Positions 1-6,110 of a DNA stretch of 36,203 bases are shown here, one piece after another. Numbering within the stretch: position 1 is the stretch's first letter; each line of letters begins with the position of its first letter. This stretch comes from a virus (lineage: Duplodnaviria > Caudoviricetes): positions 1 to 36,203 of IMG/VR virus record IMGVR_UViG_3300032227_000196; one strand, written 5' to 3'. The position numbers and the translations under genes were made by a program. Under the pieces are notes generated by a model. That model was not told the DNA's origin. It made no database searches and saw nothing but the letters and a program-made list of their open reading frames with translations.

Positions 1-90
1 CCGGTCGAGCGCCGGTCGAGCGCCGGTCGAGCGCCGGTCGAGCGCCGGTCGAGCGCCGGTCGAGCGCCGGTCGAGCGCCGGTCGAGCGCC
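1..90. repeat. 11-bp tandem repeat (CCGGTCGAGCG)x8, left end
   Basis: Eight exact copies plus CC, read directly; the same unit occurs at the right end. Confidence 0.98.
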
Positions 91-101
91 CGGATCGGGA
101 A

Positions 102-468
102 TAGTCAAATAGTTATTCGGCCAAAAAAATGACTAGCAAAAAGCGTAACAAAATCAGCGGGTTAGCCATGATAGTCAAATAGTCATGAAAATGAGCGTGG
201 AATTCTATATAAAAGAGTAGTATAGGTATATATCCCTATTTTCTTGCTCAGGCTTTATTAGTCTTTAAAAAATAACTATTTGACTATAAGCCATTCAACC
301 TTTTGGAATCCCTACGTTTTTTCCTAGTCATCCGATTGACTATCACTGACTATTTTTTTGACTAACCGCTCCACACTCTCGCCACAATCCCACGCAATAA
401 GACGCGTTAGACTAAAGTCGTAAGTATTTTTACGCGATTGCGCGCACACGTTTGGCGTGCGATAGTCA
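102..468. repeat. Cluster of TAGTCA/TGACTA boxes around an AT-rich core; candidate replication origin
   Basis: TAGTCA at 102, 172, 180, 325, 463; TGACTA at 130, 281, 337, 347, 359; AT-rich stretch ~200-280; no ORF. Confidence 0.65.
438..466 (+). promoter_or_regulatory. Possible sigma70-type early promoter
   Basis: TTGCGC-N17-GATAGT with TGn extension, upstream of the first early ORF; weak match. Confidence 0.3.
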
Positions 469-511
469 AATCACGGTCAAGCGAGACCGCCAAAACAGGA
501 CACAACACGAC

Positions 512-607
512 ATGACACAAGACACACTTGCCGCACTCGTCATATTCGGCCCGTTTTTAACCGCAGCGCTTGTGCTTGGCATCGCGCTTCACATTAAAGG
601 GAATTGA
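512..607 (+). CDS. 31-aa single-transmembrane micropeptide
   Basis: Manual translation MTQDTLAALVIFGPFLTAALVLGIALHIKGN; AGGA upstream; stop 3 nt before the next ATG. Confidence 0.55.
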   Translation: MTQDTLAALVIFGPFLTAALVLGIALHIKGN

Positions 608-610
608 ACT

Positions 611-781
611 ATGAAAAATAAAACCCGCTTTGAATATATGGGGTTTGTAATCCAGCGCGAAGGCAACGAATGGGTTGTTTACGATTGGGACTATGAGGTT
701 GATCTAATCCTTAAATACTGGAACACAAGCAAAACCGCCTGCATGGGCTGGATCGAACGCAACTCTGGCATTTATATTTGA
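611..781 (+). CDS. 56-aa hypothetical early protein
   Basis: Manual translation MKNKTRFEYMGFVIQREGNEWVVYDW...; RBS AAGGGA; below the ORF-track cutoff. Confidence 0.7.
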   Translation: MKNKTRFEYMGFVIQREGNEWVVYDWDYEVDLILKYWNTSKTACMGWIERNSGIYI

Positions 782-836
782 TATTGCAATCCAAGCGCCC
801 GGCTGCCCGGCGCTTCCGTGGCAATACCGCCAAACA
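782..836 (+). promoter_or_regulatory. Intergenic hairpin element, copy 1
   Basis: TATTGC/GCAATA outer stem, 5+5 internal loop, AAGCGCC/GGCGCTT inner stem, then CGCCAAACA. Confidence 0.65.
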
Positions 837-858
837 CGAAAAGACAGGAAAAGACATT

Positions 859-1440
859 ATGAAAATTGCACTTTTGAAAGCCGCCGCACTGTTCGCGTCT
901 AAGGATCAATATCGTTATTATCTGGCCGGCGTTTACGTCCATCAACAAGACGGTCAAACGCGTGTTGTGGCGACCGATGGTAAAGTTTTGTTTGCCGCAC
1001 AATGCGTTGACGCTGCCGACGTTACCGGATCCGGTATCATCCCCTTAACGCTAATCAACCAGATTAAGGCGCCGCGCGGGGTTGAAGATTGCACGATCAC
1101 GATCGTCAATGATCGCGTAACGATCGACTATGCCGGTCAGTCTATTCAATCTGCAACGATCGAAGGGGTGTTCCCCGCTTATGGACGCGTGCTGCCCGCC
1201 GACTATGACGTCCAAACACCGGCGCAATATGATCCAGAAAACACAATCTTGTTTAAGAAAGCCGCAAAACTGCTAAACGCCGGACCTATCTACATTCACC
1301 AAAACGGCGAAAATCCGGCCCTTGTGCGCATAGGTGAAGCAGCGCACGATCCGGCTTATAACTGCTTCGGTATTATCATGCCGTTGCGCGAGAGCGTGAT
1401 CGGATCCGATAAACCGTATTATTCATGGGCGCGCGCCTAA
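859..1440 (+). CDS. DNA polymerase III beta-clamp-like protein (partial, 193 aa)
   Basis: FASKDQYRYYLAGVYV...VVATDGKVL and IEGVFPAYGRVLP resemble the DnaN central-domain motifs RYYLNG, ATDGHRL and GxFPDYxRVIP; ATG 859 follows CAGGA. Confidence 0.75.
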   Translation: MKIALLKAAALFASKDQYRYYLAGVYVHQQDGQTRVVATDGKVLFAAQCVDAADVTGSGIIPLTLINQIKAPRGVEDCTITIVNDRVTIDYAGQSIQSATIEGVFPAYGRVLPADYDVQTPAQYDPENTILFKKAAKLLNAGPIYIHQNGENPALVRIGEAAHDPAYNCFGIIMPLRESVIGSDKPYYSWARA

Positions 1441-1443
1441 CGT

Positions 1444-1498
1444 TATTGCAAGCCGGTGGCCGTCATAGGCGGCCACCCACTGGCAATATCGCCAAACA
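1444..1498 (+). promoter_or_regulatory. Intergenic hairpin element, copy 2
   Basis: Same 45-nt architecture with a different inner stem GGTGGCCG/CGGCCACC, then CGCCAAACA. Confidence 0.65.
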
Positions 1499-1513
1499 TG
1501 AGAGGGAATTACA

Positions 1514-1789
1514 ATGTCTTACAATGGTTGGAAGAACCGTCAAACTTGGCTTGTTAACGTGCATTTTGGCGACTATCTGCAAGAGCTGGCAGACGAAGGA
1601 CAAAAAATAGACGCTGATTTTATCCGCGATATGGTCGACGAGCATTTTCAAGAACAAGTCAAAGATTTGAGTATGTTCGTGCAAGATTTGATTGACGACG
1701 CGGGAATTGATTGGGGTGAGCTGGCCGCGCATTATCAAGGCGAGAACGACGAGCAGGACGAGGACGAGCAGGACGAGGAGCTTGCATAA
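1514..1789 (+). CDS. Highly acidic phage early protein (YNGW.N..TW type)
   Basis: 91 aa, about 26 D/E versus 5 K/R; RBS GAGGGA; 15-bp tandem duplication at 1748-1777 in the acidic tail. Confidence 0.8.
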   Translation: MSYNGWKNRQTWLVNVHFGDYLQELADEGQKIDADFIRDMVDEHFQEQVKDLSMFVQDLIDDAGIDWGELAAHYQGENDEQDEDEQDEELA

Positions 1790-2259
1790 TGGCCTCACCC
1801 TTGGTTAACCCGTGGACAGACAAAGAGCACAAGCGCCTGATCGAGCTTGTCAACACCGGCGCCACGGCGCGCGTCATAGCGGCCACAATGGGGCGCTCGC
1901 GCAGCGCGATCATTGGCCGGTGCCACCGGCACGGTATCACGCTCAAAGTGCCGGTGCACAACACAAAGCGCCCTGACGCCGTGTATAAACCTCGCAAGGC
2001 GCGTGTGGAGAAGGTCAGCACGATAGGCCTGCACCGTATCAGCACAAGCACGCCTAAGCCGCCTGCGCCGCCGCCTGAGACGCGCGGCGCGCCCGACCCT
2101 ACTATCGCCAGCACAACACTAAGCGCCAGCACCCTACGCCACTGTAAGGCGGTCATAGGGCCGGTGACAAGCGACAGCGCGCTGTGCGGCGCGCCGGTGC
2201 ACGCTAAGAGTTTTTGCCAGTATCATCACGCGCGCTATTATAGGAGGGATGAGCGATGA
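1789..2259 (+). CDS. gcrA: GcrA-family cell-cycle transcription regulator
   Basis: N-terminal HTH WTDKEHKRL...RSRSAIIGRCHRHG, Pro/Lys-rich linker, C-terminal CKAVIGP...LCG...FCQYH matching the GcrA Cys/His domain. Confidence 0.85.
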   Translation: MASPLVNPWTDKEHKRLIELVNTGATARVIAATMGRSRSAIIGRCHRHGITLKVPVHNTKRPDAVYKPRKARVEKVSTIGLHRISTSTPKPPAPPPETRGAPDPTIASTTLSASTLRHCKAVIGPVTSDSALCGAPVHAKSFCQYHHARYYRRDER

Positions 2260-2432
2260 CCGACGACGAGAAACGAAAAGAGATAATTGAGCACATTAAA
2301 ACCGCATATGCGCACCCTGATCATGTATGGGAACAAAGGTGGCTAATCTTGCAAGTGGAGCGCGCCACGCCGAAAGAGCTAACAACCATGCATCAAATCG
2401 CAAGGAGTAAAAAGAATGATACACAAAGATGA
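2256..2432 (+). CDS. 58-aa hypothetical protein
   Basis: ATGA overlap with the gcrA stop; RBS AGGAGG; manual translation MTDDEKRKEIIEHIK... Confidence 0.7.
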   Translation: MTDDEKRKEIIEHIKTAYAHPDHVWEQRWLILQVERATPKELTTMHQIARSKKNDTQR

Positions 2433-2592
2433 TCAACTAGCACTAGTGCACATTATCCTGCTTTACGCCGCAATAGGCGCGCTGCTAATCTTGTTGCTGG
2501 GCGGCTGCGCCGTCACCGTCAAACAAGGCACCGCACCGCCCGTGGACCCGTTAACCCGCAAACACTATCCAACACTAGAGGCCAAACCATGA
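2416..2592 (+). CDS. 58-aa putative lipoprotein
   Basis: MIHKDDQLALVHIILLYAAIGALLILLLGG-CAVTVK...: hydrophobic stretch plus LGGC lipobox; RBS AAGGAG; ATGA coupling to the next gene. Confidence 0.65.
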   Translation: MIHKDDQLALVHIILLYAAIGALLILLLGGCAVTVKQGTAPPVDPLTRKHYPTLEAKP

Positions 2593-2897
2593 CCAAAAAA
2601 ACACCCGCTTACACCCGTAAAGAGGGTAAGAACCCGAAAGGCGGCTTGAACGAGAAAGGCCGCGCGTCATACCATGCCGAGACAGGCGGCACGCTCAAAG
2701 CACCCGTCAAGAGCGGCGACAACCCCCGCCGGGCATCGTTCCTTGCCCGTATGGGCGGCATGGACGGCCCAGAGCACAAGCCTAACGGCGAGCCGACGCG
2801 CTTGCTCAAATCATTAAAGGCGTGGGGCGCAAGCTCTAAGGCCGACGCAAAGGCTAAAGCGAAAGCAATCAGCACCCGCAATAAGAAGGACAAGTGA
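2589..2897 (+). CDS. Basic phage protein, DUF6321-like
   Basis: RKEGKNPKGGLNEKGRASY...RRASFLARMGG...TRLLKSLKAWG pattern, recognised from memory. Confidence 0.7.
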   Translation: MTKKTPAYTRKEGKNPKGGLNEKGRASYHAETGGTLKAPVKSGDNPRRASFLARMGGMDGPEHKPNGEPTRLLKSLKAWGASSKADAKAKAKAISTRNKKDK

Positions 2898-3244
2898 CCA
2901 TGACCATTGACCCGCCTATTGACGAGCGCCACGAGACGCATGGGGACTACACGAACACGGCGCAAGTCTCGCAGCACCTTAAAACAACCATGCGCAACGC
3001 GCGCAACTGGAACCGGCTATCTTGCGATAAGAAGGAAAGCCTCGACCTGATCATGACCAAGGTAGGGCGGATCATGTCAGGCGAGCCTAACGAACCCGAC
3101 CATTGGCTGGACATAGAAGGTTATGCCAAGCTGGCGCGCGAGCGCCTGAGCGAGACCGTCGCGGCACGCGAGGCGCGCCTATCTAATGACGGGCACCGAA
3201 TCACTCCGACCGTGCTGGTAAGACCATGGGAGCGCAAACCATGA
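2894..3244 (+). CDS. DUF6378-like protein
   Basis: ERHETHGDY...KVGRIMSGEPNEPDHWLDIEGYAKL motif. Confidence 0.75.
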   Translation: MTMTIDPPIDERHETHGDYTNTAQVSQHLKTTMRNARNWNRLSCDKKESLDLIMTKVGRIMSGEPNEPDHWLDIEGYAKLARERLSETVAAREARLSNDGHRITPTVLVRPWERKP

Positions 3245-3498
3245 AAGACGCAATGGACACACTAACACCCGACCTGTTCGCGTCGGTGCCCGAGTTCGAG
3301 GGTATCTCATACACCCTATACGCCGATCATGAGCACGAGGTAATTACCCTACTGGCGCACCGCGACAACTCGTTCTCGGTATTCTATGACCAACAAGCGC
3401 GCGACTTTTGGCACGACTACATCGCCGAGCTTAAAATCAACGGGTTCAACGCCGACGAGGCGTTGGAGATGCTATGGAGGCAGAACGATGAACTATAA
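3241..3498 (+). CDS. Hypothetical protein
   Basis: ATGA overlap with the upstream stop; fills the operon; start uncertain. Confidence 0.65.
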   Translation: MKDAMDTLTPDLFASVPEFEGISYTLYADHEHEVITLLAHRDNSFSVFYDQQARDFWHDYIAELKINGFNADEALEMLWRQNDEL

Positions 3499-3667
3499 GC
3501 AGTTATGTGACATCGCCGACCAGATGACCGAAACCGCCGCACGCATGGCCGACCTTGCAACGCTTTTGCGCGCCGCCGTCAACGAGGGCGTGCAAGAGAA
3601 GATCGACTGGAAGAAGCTGGAGGCGCAGATCGCCGAAGAGCTGGCGCAACTGGAGGGTAAAGACTGA
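3488..3667 (+). CDS. 59-aa coiled-coil hypothetical protein
   Basis: RBS GGAGG before ATG 3488; helical heptad-like pattern. Confidence 0.65.
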   Translation: MNYKQLCDIADQMTETAARMADLATLLRAAVNEGVQEKIDWKKLEAQIAEELAQLEGKD

Positions 3668-3732
3668 TGCACATGTTAATGATAGAGGCCGTCTGTTTGA
3701 TTTTTGTTGCGGTGATGCTCGACATCATCTAA
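3667..3732 (+). CDS. Possible 21-aa hydrophobic peptide
   Basis: TGATG coupling, GGAGG upstream; MHMLMIEAVCLIFVAVMLDII. Confidence 0.3.
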   Translation: MHMLMIEAVCLIFVAVMLDII

Positions 3733-3765
3733 GGGTCGATCAGAAACAGTAAAGGACACCACCCA

Positions 3766-4896
3766 ATGCAGCACAGTAACATCGTCGGCGGGTCGACCGC
3801 CAAGCGCGTCATCAACTGCCCCGCTAGTGTTAACCTTGTAAACAAAGTGCCGCCGAAAGGCAGCTCTGACTATGCCAACGAAGGCACTATGCTGCACGCG
3901 GCTATTGCCGACTATTGGGAAAAGGGGTTCAAGCCCGAAACCTATATCGGGTTCGAGCACAGCGGCGTCACGCTCGACGAAGACTTATACGGGCGCAAGT
4001 TCTTGCCCGCGATTAAGGCCATTGACGAGCTGGACCCGACCGACCGCATGGAATACGCCGTCGAGACGCTGGTATCGTTCAACGGCGAACCAGAGCTGGA
4101 AGGCGTGTTCGGGTCGACCGATTTCCTTGGACGCATCGGCAACTGCGCCTATGTGATCGACTTCAAGTTCGGCGACGGCGTTTACGTCGAAGCGGAAGAG
4201 AACCCGCAACTGCTGTTCTACGCCGCTGCCGCCATGCGCACGCCCAAGGTTGAATGGGTGTTCGAAGGCGTCACGCACATTATGATGGTGATCGTGCAAC
4301 CGCGCTTTGGCGTCTCGACGTGGGAAACATCGCCCAAGCGGGTGCAACTGTTCGAGCGCGACCTGATCGCCGCCGTAAAGAAGGCCAAGCGGCCCGACGC
4401 CGAGTTCTGTCGGGGCGACTGGTGCAAGTGGTGCGCGGCCAAGCCCGTGTGCCCGCTAATGACTGGCGCAGCAGACCGCGCCATGAAGGCAAAGATTGAC
4501 GCGCTGGACAAGGCGCAGATTGCGAAATACCTCGAGGATGCTGAATACCTCGATGGTTGGGTGAAGTCACTGCAAGAGCTTGCGGAGACGATCATCAAGA
4601 GCGGTGGCAACGTGGAAGGCTGGAAACTGGTCGAGAAGCGCGCCACCAAGAAATGGGCTGACGAGGCCGACGCTGAAGAGTATCTGTCTCGCCACCTTGA
4701 AGAAACCGAATACCTGACAACTAAGATTATCACCCCGACGCAAGCCACCAAACTGTTAGAGAAACAGGGCGTTGAGCTTGCCGAAGAGTTCCTTAGCAAG
4801 AAGGAAGGCGGCTTAACCTTAGCCAAGGACAGCGATAAGCGGCCCTCGGTGATCACTGCACAAACACGGCTGGCGACAGCTCTTTCAAAACTGTAA
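3766..4896 (+). CDS. DUF2800 / Cas4-like PD-(D/E)XK exonuclease
   Basis: GGSTAKRVINCP, EGTMLH, GSTD...VIDFKFG, QLLFYA, CKWCAAKPVC (Fe-S-type cysteines). Confidence 0.88.
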   Translation: MQHSNIVGGSTAKRVINCPASVNLVNKVPPKGSSDYANEGTMLHAAIADYWEKGFKPETYIGFEHSGVTLDEDLYGRKFLPAIKAIDELDPTDRMEYAVETLVSFNGEPELEGVFGSTDFLGRIGNCAYVIDFKFGDGVYVEAEENPQLLFYAAAAMRTPKVEWVFEGVTHIMMVIVQPRFGVSTWETSPKRVQLFERDLIAAVKKAKRPDAEFCRGDWCKWCAAKPVCPLMTGAADRAMKAKIDALDKAQIAKYLEDAEYLDGWVKSLQELAETIIKSGGNVEGWKLVEKRATKKWADEADAEEYLSRHLEETEYLTTKIITPTQATKLLEKQGVELAEEFLSKKEGGLTLAKDSDKRPSVITAQTRLATALSKL

Positions 4897-4909
4897 AGGA
4901 CACTATCAA

Positions 4910-5551
4910 ATGACATCTCTCACTGTATTTGCCGACGCAAAACTGCCGACAGCTTCGACCATCCAAGGCCTGCGCTCATTGCAGACCAATTCAGTAGCGT
5001 CGGGCACCACCATCCTGAAGATGGATAAGACGGGCTACTGGGTGTTCGGGGCTGACAGCACCGACATCGACCCCGAAACCGTCTGGGCGATCAACCCAAG
5101 CGAGTTCTTGCACGGCTACATCGCATGGGGCGAGGGCGTGGTGCTGGGCGAGAAAATGGTATCGGTATCGCAACCGCTGCCGGAGCTTGAGCCTGCCCCG
5201 TCGGGCGCACGCAAGGGTTGGGAAACGCAGCTCGGCATGAGCTTGCAGGCTACCAGCGGCGAAGACGCAGGGCTTGCGGTGCGCTACACCGCAACCTCGG
5301 TGGGCGGGCGCAACGCGATCCAGAAGATCGCCAACGCTATCGCCGACCAGCTCGAAGCCGACCCGTCAAAGCCCGTCGCCTTGGTGACATTGGGTAAAGA
5401 GACCTACCAGCACAAGCAGTATGGCAAAATCTTCACGCCGGTCATGACTGTGGTTGGTTGGGCTACTATGGACGGCACCACCGACGCGCCAGAGGCCGCG
5501 CCAGAGCCGGAAGAGACTAAGGCGCCAGCACGCCGCCGCAACCGCGGCTAA
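4910..5551 (+). CDS. Putative single-stranded DNA-binding protein
   Basis: Lies between the exonuclease and PolA; beta-rich core, YQHKQYGKIFTP motif, charged flexible tail; function inferred from synteny. Confidence 0.6.
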   Translation: MTSLTVFADAKLPTASTIQGLRSLQTNSVASGTTILKMDKTGYWVFGADSTDIDPETVWAINPSEFLHGYIAWGEGVVLGEKMVSVSQPLPELEPAPSGARKGWETQLGMSLQATSGEDAGLAVRYTATSVGGRNAIQKIANAIADQLEADPSKPVALVTLGKETYQHKQYGKIFTPVMTVVGWATMDGTTDAPEAAPEPEETKAPARRRNRG

Positions 5552-5557
5552 CAGCTA

Positions 5558-5657
5558 GGGGGCAGGGTGGTTAAACCACCGTTCGAGGATGCCGACGCAG
5601 GGGCTTTTGTGGTTTTCTACCCTGCCTAGTTGAAAGCCAAATCGACACCCTGCCCCC
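5558..5657 (+). ncRNA. Candidate structured RNA element with pseudoknot
   Basis: Perfect 12-bp closing stem 5558-5569/5646-5657; nested stems; loop TGGTTTTC complementary to GAAAGCCA. Confidence 0.55.
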
Positions 5658-5661
5658 GACC

Positions 5662-5683
5662 AACTGCTAGCCCGCTAGCAGTT
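5662..5683. other. Perfect inverted repeat AACTGCTAG-CCCG-CTAGCAGTT
   Basis: 9-bp stem with no U-tract; could be an operator or RNA hairpin. Confidence 0.5.
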
Positions 5684-5734
5684 ACACCCAAAAATATCCA
5701 TTAACGTATATAATAGTAGCAGTTAGGACATGAC

Positions 5735-5926
5735 ATGACAGACATTCTAGACACGCTTCGCCAGCGTTACCGGCTTGACCCTGTTATCCAAGACGCCGCC
5801 GACGAGATCGAACAGTTGCGTTTCGACGTGAACTTGTTGTCGATGATAGTATCTGTATTAGAGGGCAAAGATGATAACCCAACTGACACCGACGATACCG
5901 ATGGACACCCCAAAGGGGCCAGCTAA
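5735..5926 (+). CDS. Hypothetical phage protein (AADEIExLR type)
   Basis: AGGA RBS; common small phage motif DAADEIEQLR. Confidence 0.65.
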   Translation: MTDILDTLRQRYRLDPVIQDAADEIEQLRFDVNLLSMIVSVLEGKDDNPTDTDDTDGHPKGAS

Positions 5927-6110
5927 AGCGCACTTTGTGATTGACTACGGTCAAGAACACCATCTGCTATGGGTTTGTTTTCAGGACGACACCGGAGAGT
6001 GTTGGACTTGGCCCAACCCTAAAATAAAATTACAGGCAAACGTATCCATGCAACAAAGGATTGATCATGAGCATCCTCTATCTGGACTTCGAGACAAGAA
6101 GCCGCTGTGA
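5871..6110 (+). CDS. Hypothetical phage protein
   Basis: 79 aa, TPKG...IDYGQEHHLLWVCF..DTGECWTW; GAGGG RBS. Confidence 0.7.
   Translation: MITQLTPTIPMDTPKGPAKAHFVIDYGQEHHLLWVCFQDDTGECWTWPNPKIKLQANVSMQQRIDHEHPLSGLRDKKPL

Noticed and set aside
1-90. Terminal repeat as a CRISPR array
   Set aside because: Units are contiguous 11-mers with no spacers
577-591. Fourth sigma54-like site TGGCATCGCGCTTCA
   Set aside because: Lacks the -12 GC and lies inside a probable ORF
778-858. N-terminal extension of the clamp-like ORF
   Set aside because: TTG start with no RBS, running through the intergenic hairpin; ATG 859 has an RBS
3766-4896. Cas4-like gene as part of a CRISPR system
   Set aside because: No cas1/cas2 or array; it sits in the standard phage exonuclease-SSB-PolA context
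5558-5657. tRNA or simple terminator
   Set aside because: No cloverleaf with correct arm lengths despite GTTCGA, and no U-tract after the stem
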